This document shows positions 52,518 through 64,000 of a DNA stretch of 64,000 nucleotides, piece by piece. The number at the start of each line of letters is the position of its first letter. Within the stretch, counting starts at the first letter, position 1. The position numbers and the translations under genes were made by a program. The DNA comes from Felis catus (taxonomy: Eukaryota): positions 19,532,001-19,596,000 of the forward strand of contig NC_058368.1 in NCBI RefSeq assembly GCF_018350175.1, in the 5' to 3' direction. Below the pieces are notes generated by a model that worked only from the letters and a program-made list of their open reading frames with translations, was not told the DNA's origin and did not search any database.

Positions 52518-54974
52518 TAAAAGGAGCACTCTTGTCCAGATGCCGGGCACCGGGCTTGACTCCCGCTTCTCAATTCCTGGTGGTTCTAGAGTCTGATGCT
52601 CTGCCGTGGCATGTCCAAAGTTCCAGGAAGAACAGGGCAGGGGGAGGCCATACAGTGGAGGAGAGGGTAAAAGCATCCACTTTAGACCTGAGTTCAAAGC
52701 CTGATTCCATCCCATGAGAAGGTCACTCTGCCTTCTGAGCCCCCGAATCAATAACTTCTACTTCACCTGCTTGTGTGGCCCAAATGGAATTGTGGATGTG
52801 AGCATGTATTGACAGTTTGCATGATGCACAGTGGGAATTAGGGAAATAAGTTAAGGGTGCTAGTGAGCAAGAGGTGTGAAAAAGGAAAGTGGCTTCTTTT
52901 TTTTTGGTCCTATCAGCCTGGTTGAAAAGGCAGGACCTTGTCTCAACTCGTCTGCGTCCTATTTAGGACTCTGAGCATTTTTACCAATCTCTTTTGATGT
53001 CTTTCCTTTCTCTCCAGGGCAGAATTACATCACTTCGGGTATGGTTTCCTAAAGAATATACTGATATTTGATTAAACAGAACAAGCTTGCTCTCCTGTTT
53101 CTGATGACTCAGCTTTGGTGGCTAAATATGCCCCAGGCAGAGGTGTGCTACCTCTGTCACAGAAGTAGAGAGGCCATGACGTCATGTGGATTTATCACAG
53201 GATAACCTGCCTTTAATAAAGGTCCACTGCAGGGTGGGGGCAGAGAGGGGATCTTGTTTTCTGGAAGATTATACATGTTTCATAAACTTCTGTTTTCCCC
53301 TTCCTGTTAAATGGTCAGAATTAAAGCTAAAATCCATATGAGCTTAGAATCCAGCTAAATCTTGGAATTTATTACTTTGGGGATTCTAAAAGAAGCTTAT
53401 ACTGCCAGTCCCTGACTTTAGGGATACTTAAGTTTGGTTCTAGCAGGGTGTCCACTAAAGTGTGAAAAATACTAGACACCTCAGGGTAACAGGTTTGTTT
53501 TACATTTAAGGCTCCATCCATTTGTAGGTAATGTTTAGTATATATGTGGTTTTCACCATCAGTTCTCATTGCTGTCCTGTCCACTTGAAGGACAGTCAAT
53601 GCAAATGACTCCTTCCTTCCTCCTCCTCTTGCCTCCCCAGTGTGCGCACACACACACACACACACGGCCCTAATGGGCAGAAATCCTCTCACAGGATGGT
53701 GATGACCCTCAACAGCCTGCCCCCTCTCCCAAGAACTGATAAGGAAGGCAGCAGTTGGGGAAAGAGAGTCCAACGGCATCTTGGCTCCAATCTCCAGATG
53801 GTCGCCCCGGGTGGCCCAGGGCGTGGGCGCTGAAAGGCAGGGGACACAACAGACTTGTCCATATAGGGTCAGAGGCTGAGGAAGGTGTGATTTCCAGACT
53901 CAGCTAGATAGGAAGTTCCTCCTCTTCCCTACCTACCCGTGAGCCTGGAGTGGGACTGATGTTCTCTCATTCATGAAGTTCAAAGGATGCTTCTTCCCAA
54001 AGCAGGAACAAAACAGATACACACGCAGAAATATGGTTCAACTGGATACATTCGGGCTAGAGTGCACCTGTGGAAGGAGATACACCTGCCGTGAAAGCTG
54101 AAGAGCCTCCTGGCTTCTCAGCTCTGCAGGAGGATGGGCTGAGGGCCTGGGGGGGAGGTTGGCGGCGCGGGGGGGGGGGGGTGGTTGGAGGGGCTTTTCA
54201 TCCCCTCTCCTTCTACCCTTCCCCTCCCCCACTTTTCCTTTTCTTTCTTTTACTCCCCCCTCCCCTCTCTCCCTCCCTTCCTTCTTTCCATCCTCCTTTT
54301 TTTTATCTTTCTTTTTTTTTTCTTTTTTTGCTGTTATTTTCTTTTTTAACAGGCAGCTTTGGAGTTGTTTGTGTCACAGGATTCTTTCAAGTCCTGGTCC
54401 TCAGTCCTCAACCTCAGTCACAGGGCAAGCCCACTTTCAGGAAGCGCCCCCCCCTGGGGAGCTGCCCGCGTGGACCCCAGAGATGAGGTTCTCTGGCTGA
54501 TGCCTTTCCCAGACCTCAGTGTGGATCTGGCACAGCTGATTCTGTTTTTGTTTCTCCTGACATTAACAAGCCACCGGTTCCACCGCTTCCCCGGCTCGTC
54601 ATGACCCAGGACGCAGAGGCCATGTCAGGTCCACAAAGCCAGCTCCTCCTTGGCCCATTTGTATCTGATTTCTTGAGACACTTCGTCAAATAGCTTGGAA
54701 GCAGGGCCTCTACAAGAGGTAAGGAGGCTCGAGTCACAGCCCAGATCTCGGAGTCTAAAACCAGGGCGGGTTTGTCAAAAGTTTGTCCCTCTATCCCTGC
54801 TGGCATAGGTGGGCTGCAATGTTGAATTCCCAAGGCCCCGTCTGAACTTGCCAACAAAGAGGCTTGTCCAAGAAGGCCACCCAGTCGGCTCCACATGAGG
54901 TGACCTGCCACCACCTGAATCTAGTCAAGGCTTCAAACAGCCCACTTCATCCCTCCAGCACCACACACTCCAGT

Positions 54975-55403
54975 CGACAGAACAGTGGTCCCCACTGATG
55001 TGCACACCCTCGTCTTTGCAGGCGTGATGGAGTGAAAGATCTTGAGGCGAGGAGAGAGTCCTGGATGACCCAGCTGGGCCAGTATCCTCATGAGGGTCCT
55101 CACAAGCGTGACACAGGAAGGTCAGGGTCAGAGAAGGACATGGGAGGACAGAAGCAGGGGTTGGGGTGTTGTGCTCGAAGCTTGGAGGATGGGGGCTCCA
55201 ACCAAGGAATGAAGGTGGCTTCAAGAAGCTGGGAAAGGCAGGGAAATGGACTCTTCCCTTGAGCTTCCAGAAGAAAACATCCCTGCCGATGTCTTGATCT
55301 TAGCCCATAACACCCATTTTGGACTTCTGACCTCCAGAACTGCAAGATAATAAATTTGAGCTGCTAAGTTTGTGATAATTTGTTTCAGCAGCCATAGGAA
55401 ACA
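54975..55403 (+). mobile_element. MaLR solo LTR (MLT1C/D-like)
   Basis: ggacttctgacctccagaactgcaagataataaattt...gtaatttgtttcagcagccataggaaac-type end. Confidence 0.85.
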
Positions 55404-58400
55404 AAGCCACCCCACTAAGGTCACCGAAGTCCCCTGAGCCAACCAGTGCCAGCAGTCACAGCCTAAGCCTGCCCCCGGGCCCACTCAAGCTTCTCCAAAG
55501 AATCTCCGGGGGCCAGGTGAGTTTGGAAAACCCTGGTGTGTAAACAGGACTGCTTCATGGAGACTCCTTAATGGAGCTCTCAGAAACTCTCGTGTATCTG
55601 TCTAAAAAAGAATAGGGCACAGGCAGAGGTTCTCCTGATGCAGTAACTGTGAAAGTATTTCAGGTAGTAACTCCAGGGGGTGGTCTGTGAAAGACTGACT
55701 GAAGAGTTGTCCACCTCTCCCCAGCCCATTTGTCTCCACCCCATGACCTCTCCTGCATAGAGGCCAGTGTTGCCCGGAGAGAGGTGGGAGGGAGGACCGG
55801 GAGAACGACGTCAGAAGTCTTGCTTTTATATTTCAAAATGGCCCAACCCAGATGAGCTAATGGGAAGACTACACATCAAGCTCAACTTGCACACCTTTCC
55901 CAACACACACACACACACACACACACACCACAACCCCCCACACTGGTCAGAGGGAGGGATGATGGCATGGAAGTGTGAACCAGGAGAAGGCTCACCTTTG
56001 GTTGAATTCAGAGAAAATGCTCTGGACTCTGCCCTCACCCCTCACGCTGCCCCTCCTGGCTGAGTTGGAGAGAGGGAAGAGGAGGGAGCATATATGTGGG
56101 AGAAAATGCTTGTACCCCTTTAGTTCTGATGGCTCAAAAGTAGAGCAGCCCATCCCCCTCCAGGCTGCGTTTTGCTGCAGTGGCTTCGGGCTGCTCAGAG
56201 CTCCCCTCGTGGCCGGGGCAAGCAGAAGACAGGTGCTGCCTGGCTGTCAGTCAGGTGGGCTTGTGATGGCACTTCCGAGGCAGAGGCCACCTGGCGTGTC
56301 TTAGAGAGGGACAGCCCCAGGACAGCCAAGCCTCAGAGGATCCCCTCGCCCACACGCAGCCTGGAAGTGGACTCCCGGGCACTGCTGGGAACTTAGACAC
56401 TGAGGACTGAGGAGCCAGCCTGCCAGGCTCAGGAACAGAAGGTCCCTTAAGGCTCCTGGATTCCTGTGTGGAATGACTGACATGTAATTTCTAGCCAGGT
56501 GGAATTGGCAGTTGCAAAAGCAATTACCCGGCAGACCCACGTTTATGGACACAGAGGAAACTGCTAGATATCTGAATGCCTACTCCACACCAGGTATTGA
56601 AGGAGAAACCCAGGCTTGCCCTCCCATCCCCTGATATAAGCCTTTAGTGCTCACAGTGGCCACACAGACTTGACAGCCTGACGATCTGTGGCCACTTCTC
56701 GGTCCTCAGGTCAAATATCTGAGTGTCGAACAGGATGGACACTCCAGACAGCTTCCTCTCTGCCCGGCTCCTCGAGGCTTGCTGGAACTGTGAACTACAC
56801 ATATCAGAAGCCAAACCGAGCAAGTTCAAGCCATGGGGGGATTTATAATCGGGATGTAGGGGTGTTGAGGGAACGCATTCGAGCCCCAGGAATATTTGGG
56901 GCTGGGAATCTGAAGACCACCTGGAACCCATTCCTTCCTACAACAAATACTGACTAGGCACCTATCCCAATTGTGGGCGTTGGGGCTACAGCAGGGGAAT
57001 GAAACAGACAAGGCCCATGCCCTTCAGAAGCTGAAATTCTGTTGCGACAGAGAAAGAGAGCAGTAAACAAACAGATAATATCATCTCTGCTAGTGCAAAG
57101 TGCTGCAGAGACACTGTGGCAGGACAGTAGGGTCGAGGTGATGGTGCTGAGGGGTGGGGACGGGGTATTTTAGCTAGGCAGCAGGAGAGGTGTCCCCGCA
57201 AAGGAGTCAGTAGAAAGATGCAGCCCTTTGAGTGTGAAGGACTTAGGGGACCCAGCTGGGAGAGTCCCCGGAAAGTGCCAGAGAGTAAGAGGAAGCATGG
57301 TTGGAAGGGTAGGGCCAGATCTCAAAGGGGCGTGCTCTCCAGAGCAAGAAGCTGGCCTTTCATTCCAAGGCTGATGGAAGACATCAGAGGGTTTGGAGGA
57401 GAGGAGTGACGTGATTTCATTTTTCTTTTAAAAAGACCAATCCAGCTGCTGTGTGGGGAGGGGCCTGCAGCCAGGACGCCACCTGAGAACAGCAGGCAGG
57501 ACGCTGCCTCATTGTGGTCAGAGATGGAGAAAGGCGGGCTTCATGGCTTTCGCCTAAGCCCAGCTGTAACCCAGATGGGAGTACCTGGAGCAGACACATG
57601 GGGCCCTGGGGACCTGTCCTCTCTCCTTGCCTCCTGTCCTGCATCTCCCCTGTGTCTGCTTCCTTCCTTCAAAGGGCTCTCTTCCTTCAAAGGGCTTCCC
57701 CTGCCCCTGGTCTGACAGCATGGCTGCCCCAGTGTGTGGTCCTGAGTCCAGTCTCATGGAGGGACCAATCCTTCTTTAGCTCCATCTGCTCTGAGGTCCT
57801 CAGTCCTGTCCTTGGCTTCCCTTGTGCACAGTGTTCGAAGATCTCCCCTGGGGCCAGTCCTGTCCCTGCCCTGGCTGCCCAGACCTCTTGTGGGTCTGAT
57901 GTTCCAGGCCTTACCTGTCCAGGAGACAACCTGTACCTGTAGGAGGTTAGTGAGTGACCCCACCACCCAGCAGAGCTCTGAAGAAGCCCGAGACCAAGTC
58001 CATCCTGGGTGCCACCCACCCCCACCTGCCAGCCAGTCAGTAATTATAGCTCTAGTGACTTTCACAGTGACCCCCTTCTCCTCCTGAGGCCTTAGTCCAC
58101 ACCGCCCTCAGAGTTCACCTGAGCTGTGCCTGGTACAGAAGTTAAGTGCACGTTTGCTGAATTACCATGAAATCTTGTCCTTTATCTGTCTACACTTGGC
58201 TGGCTGAAGACAATGCAGTTGTTCTTCATCTGAAAAACTGCACGAAAGACTCTAACTATACCCGGCTTTTATCAGAAGCCTAAGTACCACGAAGTACAAG
58301 CAGTGGCTCTCATTTTTTTCTACCAAGAATTAGAAAGCATGCTGAGAGTATGCTGTTTGATCCTAGGCATATAAATCACTATTACAATGCCTCTTGGACT

Positions 58401-58659
58401 CCTCACTACCAACTTCATACCTGAATTTCCACGAAATAATGCCCCTGGCTGCCTAAGTCCTTTGATCTTGACCTTGGTGGTGGGAAGTTCTATGACTTCC
58501 TTCCCTCCTTCCCTTCCTCCCTCATGTTAATCCACTATGAGTTAGGTATGATGTGATAATAGATGAAATGAATGTATTCTGCTTGGGGTCAAGTGGGCGA
58601 AACAGAAAGCAAACCAGCACAGCAAAGTGTTGAGGGCCTCCGGGAGACGATCTATTGTG

Positions 58660-59150
58660 TAGATGCTCACGAATGTGTGCGCAGGGAGACAGTCATTACG
58701 GCATTGTTTGTACAGGGAACAGCCAAGGTGTCCATCAAGAGGGAAAAGGGTAGACGACCTCTGGCATGTGTCATACAGCAAGAGGAACGAGCTAAGTCTG
58801 CAGGTATCAATATGGAGAAATCTCAAAAGCACAATGTTCGGGGAAAAAAGTTGCTTTGTGTAAATTTCTAAAAGAAAATAGTTCCATATATTGTGGTAGA
58901 CACAGGCTTTTGTAGTCCAAGTATAAACATGGTGTGGAAATATATGCTGAGTTCAGAACAGCGGTTTCCCCTGAGGAAAGAAGGAAGAGGAAGGGGTCTG
59001 GAAGAGTCTGAGAGGTATTTAGGCTCTTCAGCTATATTTGTAACATGTTCTTTCTAAAAATATGAAGCAAAAATGTCAGCACTGGTCAAATCTGGTTGTG
59101 AGCACATTGGTTTTGTTTTATTATTCTACTTATATATATTTAAAATATGA
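58660..59150 (+). mobile_element. Old L1 3' end (L1ME-type)
   Basis: gcattgtttgta...tgtccatcaa...aatatggagaaatctcaaaagcacaatgtt. Confidence 0.6.
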
Positions 59151-59154
59151 ATAA

Positions 59155-59347
59155 TTTTTTCCCAGATGTTTATTTTTGAGAGAGAGCAAGAATAGAAGAG
59201 GGACAGAGAGAGGGGGGGACAGAGGATCCAAAGTGGGCTCTGAACTGAGAACAGAGAACCCGATCGTGGGACTTGAACTCACGAACCATGAGACCATGAC
59301 CTGAGCCGAAGTGGAATGTTTAACTGACTGAGCCACCCAGGCACCCC
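59155..59347 (-). mobile_element. CAN-SINE
   Basis: TSD aaaatatgaata. Confidence 0.9.
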
Positions 59348-59812
59348 AAAATATGAATAGATTAAAAAAAATACATGGGGGTCTGGAGTTTGGAGAGAGG
59401 CCAGGCCCAAAGCTGCAGACAGAGGAGGGGTCATCTTTACCAAAAGCTCGGGTTGAGCTGCGGGATAGATGCACTTGCCCAGGCTCTGCGGCTTGATTCG
59501 CTACACCGATGGGAGCAAATACCTTGGGAATCACTTATTTTTAAGGGAGGATGTGGTGGTAAAGCAGAGATAGGTCTCAGAAGGGGACTCAGAGAAGGAA
59601 AACAGCCAGGAGGGATGATTGATGAGGAGGTCCAGGAAAAACACATTTTTTTTTCCAGCTCAGTATATAGAAACACAGAGAAGAATGCAGTGAGTCTCCA
59701 TACACCTGCCCTTAACCTCTCCTTGAATTAAATAATTTTCAAGATTTTGCCAAGATTGCTTCTTGTCTTCCCCCTCTTCTTTCCTTTTTTGAGTTGCTGA
59801 AGTGGCTTAACA

Positions 59813-59976
59813 TTTTTTTTTAAGTTTATTTATTTATTTTGAGAGAGACGGAGATAGTGCAAGTGGAGGAGGGACAGCGAGCCCGATGGGGGCTCGAACT
59901 CACGAAACTGAGAGATCATGACCTGGGCTGAAACCAAGAGTCAGATGCTCAACTGACTGAGCCACCCAGGTGCCCC
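59813..59976 (-). mobile_element. Internally deleted CAN-SINE
   Basis: TSD agttgctgaagt. Confidence 0.88.
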
Positions 59977-60096
59977 AAGTTGCTGAAGTAGTTTAAAGCA
60001 AATCCCAGACACTGTGTCTTTCTACCCCTCCATACTGCAGTATGCGTTTCTAAAATATCCAGGCATGGAGAGAGATTTTTAAGGAGGGAAACATCA

Positions 60097-60328
60097 GGGG
60101 CACCTGGGTGGCGCAGTCGGTTAAGCGTCCGACTTCAGCCAGGTCACGATCTCGCGGTCCGTGAGTTCGAGCCCCGCGTCGGGCTCTGGGCTGATGGCTC
60201 AGAGCCTGGAGCCTGTTTCCGATTCTGTGTCTCCCTCTCTCTCTGCCCCTCCCCCGTTCATGCTCTGTCTCTCTCTGTCCCAAAAATAAATAATAAAACG
60301 TTGAAAAAAAATTAAAAAAAAAAAAAAA
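60097..60328 (+). mobile_element. Young feliform CAN-SINE (SINEC_Fc1-like)
   Basis: Perfect TSD aaggagggaaacatcag, CpG-rich, long polyA. Confidence 0.95.
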
Positions 60329-61917
60329 GGAGGGAAACATCAGCAGCATTGATTGTTGTAAAGGACTTGAGAAAGAAGAGGACCGAGGGGCTTTCACCAA
60401 GGTTCCGGGTACCCGGAGGGGCACACCTGGGGGGGCTGTGGTGGCAGGAGGAGGGGTTGACCCCAGAGGCATGGCTGGAATTGGCAATAGAAGGTAGTGG
60501 AGGCTGCCAGCTATGAGAAACGCAGCTCATCACTTCAAGAAGCGTGATGGCAAAAAGGGAGCAAAAGGGAACAGCATGTGAGGGTGGCAGGGAGGAGGAA
60601 GGTATTTCCAGGATGGAGAGACATCACTATCTCGGGGCTCAGAGGACAGATATGAAAAAGGGAGTAAACTGATGGAGCAAATTTCTGGGGCAGAGGTGAA
60701 CGAGGCAGAGTACAGTGGGGTTAATTCTTCCGTAACCAGGAATGAATCACTCAAAGATCTGGGGGTGGGAAGAGAGAACGTTGACAATCTTTGAGGACAC
60801 CGAGTCTGCTGTTTGGGACATGCGAGTTTGGAGTTCCCCACGGGCAAAGGGACCAGGGGCCAAGACAGGACGGTGATAATACTGTGATTTACTGGGCACC
60901 TGATACAAGTCAGACACATTTGTGAATCTCATTTAATCCTCGCACACTTTACAGTTCAGGGAAATGGACTCCAAGGTGTAAGTACTAGCACACACACTTC
61001 GTAAATCACAGAATTGCTGTGACCTCAGGGCTCTTCTGCACGGCCCTGAGGGCCCGTTGTCCATAAATTGCAGGACTCCGGGAGGCACGGCTCAACCCCT
61101 AGGAAACAGCCAGCTGGAGTGGCTCAGGTGTGAAAGTACCTGGGACCCGGGCAGTGTGGAGGTGGCAGATTGCAGATCCAGGAAATTTGGGCTCTTCTGT
61201 CTTTGCTCTTGACCCGATCTTGTTCCAGTGTCTCCCTCTCTTCCCTCCCCCTGAGCATCGTCTCTGGGGCAAGCAGGACTGTCTGAGCGCTCCTCACACC
61301 CTCACACCTGGGCTTAGCTAACCTTGCCCTTCTGTCCTGCAGGGTCACATCCCCACTGGCTTGTCCCCTTTTGTTTAGAAAGACCACGCCCACGGATGTT
61401 GCTGATCTGTTGGAAAGCCTTTGAGAAATGGAAGGAAAGATTGCTCTGCCGAGCTCCATTGTGATATTTGTCCCTTTCAGGGATATGTTACAAAACAAAC
61501 AGGTGTAATGTGGGGCTGGGAGGTGCGTGGGCTGTGATCCATAAACCACATCCTCCTTGTAAGAAGAGTCTTGGCCTGGCCAGTAGGAGGGAAACAGAGC
61601 CTCGCCCACAGTGAGTGTTGAGTGGGGGGCTTGATGGTGCTCCTCTAGGCAGTGGAGTGGACCAAGCACTGCGTTTAAATCACTCCACAGATCACTTTGG
61701 GCACATCAGTCAGTGTTCTGGAACCTGAGGATAAAGGGAGAATGCTGCATGCCAATGCTTGGAGGGCAGATGAATGAAGAAAGGGGAGGAGGGTATGAAT
61801 GGTCAATCAATGCTTGCTGAAGCTAACTGGAATGGACAGAGTATGTTTGATATGATCTTGAGAAGCAAATCACCGAGGTGAAGGAGAAATTTCATGTGGG
61901 TGACTTAAATGCTCAAA

Positions 61918-62096
61918 TTTATTTATCTACCTATTTTTAAAGTTTATTATTTTGAGAGAGATGGAGACTGTGAGTGGGGGAGGGGCAGAGAGAGAGGGAG
62001 AGAGAGAATCCAAGCAGGCCCCGCGCTACCATTCTCGAAGCTGTGAGACCAAACCAAGAGTCAGACGCTTAACCGACTGAGCCACCCAGGCACCCC
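61918..62096 (-). mobile_element. Internally deleted CAN-SINE
   Basis: TSD ttaaatgctca. Confidence 0.87.
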
Positions 62097-62477
62097 TTAA
62101 ATGCTCAGATTTAAGGAGTCCCTGGGTAACTGGCCTGAGGTGACCCTGAGGGACTCTTGGCCGAATGTTCTCCAGGGAGCCAAGCCCTGCCTGGGAGATA
62201 CACCCTGGGATGAGGGGCTGGCCTCGTTCCTGCTATGAAGGCCACAAGTGCCAAACACAAGTCAGAGCCTGGCTCCAGGTGACTTTTTTCTCTAACCTGA
62301 AATGCAGCTTAGAAGAAAATGGGTTTTCCAACAAGGGAAGAACTGGTTGAAAACAGAGATCACTAAACGAGTCTTGAACATGTTAGTCACCATGCTATGT
62401 ACGAAGAAAGGCTTTCTGTGTCTCTTCTGCCCATTTCTCACTCAGCCACGTGTAAAATACTGCTGTATTGGAGACTA

Positions 62478-63585
62478 CAGGGGCCCTTCACTACGAGCCA
62501 ATGCAGCTTCAGCTTCAAGGCCCCGCTGGTGCACAGGCCCCTGCCAGCCCGGGTAGGGGTCCCTCATCATGTTCTCACGGTCGTGTGTTTTGTAAGTTTT
62601 GCAAAGCAAGTTATTTCAGTTGCAAACGGTTGGGGCCGGTCTCTCTTTCCACGTGATGTCCCTTCTAGCACATGTTTCCTGTGTCAGGTGACATTGGATG
62701 ATCACAGTAAGTTTTGGGGTGAGGGGGATGTCAAGTACAGCATATGCTGATTTCGAGCAGAGTAAGATAAGTTTATGTGATGTGCAGTCACTTCTGTGTA
62801 TGGTTCAAGCCAGCTCCTTGTGTAGATGGCTCCAAGGACGACTCTCCTGTCCAACTTTCTGACTCACCCAGTGTCATGGCGGTACGAGGGTTGCAGTATA
62901 TATGGAGGCATATGGATATTGGCAGAGGCACAGGTCTGGACGCTCAAAGCTACTCTGTGGAGAGTTCTCCCCAAATTGCTAGCAGGGAAGCTGATTCTCA
63001 TCGATAGAAGGTCTCTCCTGTCAGGAATATACTTGATAGTGCAGTCTATACAATTATAAACAACTGTCAATGATGAAAACATTCCCATCAACCATACTGG
63101 AGGAAAGACTGAATTATCTTTTATAACGTTGTCATATGAGGAGGCAATCAGAACCCTCAGAGGATGAAGGTATTACACAAGGGTGTTAATTTATTTTTCT
63201 GGATTGTTCTGGATTGTTGGTGTTTGTGGCATTTCACACAAATGGCTATTCTTGTGTCAACTCTTTAATATTTGCAATCTGTTTGCATTCTAAATTGTCA
63301 CTTTCGTACCTAATTTTGTGTTTGTAATTTTACAGCCCTTCTTTCTTTTTTTAAAAAATGTTTAATTCTCATTTTATTATTACTATTATTTTTAAGTAGT
63401 CTTCATGCTCAGCATGGAGCCCAGTGTGGGGCTTGAACTCACGACCTTGAGATCAAGTCCTGAGCTGAGATCAAGAATCAGACGCCTAATCTACTGAGCC
63501 ACGCAGGCACCCCGAGTCCTTTTCCTTAAAGAGAACGTACCCAACCACGTAAACTTTAGACCACACAAGACTTGGATCTATCCCT
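62478..63585 (+). mobile_element. Internally deleted Zaphod/MER115-like hAT-Tip100 element
   Basis: 5' caggggc...aatgcagcttcagcttcaaggcccc; 3' atcaaccatactggaggaaagactgaattatcttt...cactttcgtacctaattttgt. Confidence 0.7.
63345..63513 (-). mobile_element. Older CAN-SINE inserted in a Zaphod-like element
   Basis: ggggcttgaactcacgaccttgagatcaag...gagccacgcaggcaccc. Confidence 0.8.
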
Positions 63586-64000
63586 AATAAGGTCATTAAG
63601 TCACAGGCTGAAGTCATAGCCACAAAGTGGTCCAAACAGGATTCAAATCCAGAGTCCAAGCGCTGGCCTCACAGTGTCTCAGACTCCAACATGCACGGTT
63701 CACCTGGGCTCTTGCTAAAATCAGATTCTGATTCAGTAGATGTGGGCTGGGGCCCCAATGGCATGACGGCCATTCTGTGGGCAGCACTCTCAGGACCCAG
63801 GGTCTCTAAGCTAATGCACGATTTGGCCAGCTCTCAAGTGGTGTGATTGGGTCACTAGAACTGCTTCCTTAGGAACAAGGTCTAGCTCATCTGATTTCCT
63901 CAATCCTGGAGGCATGTGTGGCATTAAGAAGTTGCTCGAATACCACTTTTCACTACCTAACTTCCCTCTCACACATTTCTGGAACGCCTATGAGTGGTCG

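Noticed and set aside
48600..64000. A second protein-coding gene downstream of ATP7B
   Set aside because: No recognisable exon translations; the region is dominated by old repeats and SINEs. Non-coding exons cannot be excluded.

Overview
Mammalian genomic DNA, almost certainly from a felid given the dense feliform-type CAN-SINEs. It carries exons 2-21 and the 3'UTR of ATP7B (Wilson disease Cu(I)-transporting P1B-ATPase) on the + strand (5345 to about 48520); exon 1 lies upstream, outside the window. All 20 exons have canonical AG/GT ends and compatible phases, and they splice into one open frame of 4362 nt (1453 aa + stop) with every catalytic and metal-binding motif intact. The rest is intronic or intergenic sequence with SINEs, MIR/L1/L2 remnants, MaLR LTRs and DNA-transposon MITEs. 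Repeat family names and comparisons with human come from recall of consensus sequences, not from a search. Most notable observations: (1) a ~100-bp copy of the exon 20/intron 20 junction, with an intact splice donor, inside the gene's own 3'UTR; (2) a dense TAAT(C/T) cluster in intron 8 where the rat PINA internal promoter lies, upstream of an in-frame exon 9 ATG; (3) a coding (GCCCCC)n Ala-Pro repeat; (4) a G-rich 19-bp minisatellite; (5) a tightly spaced inverted SINE pair. No novel protein-coding system was found.
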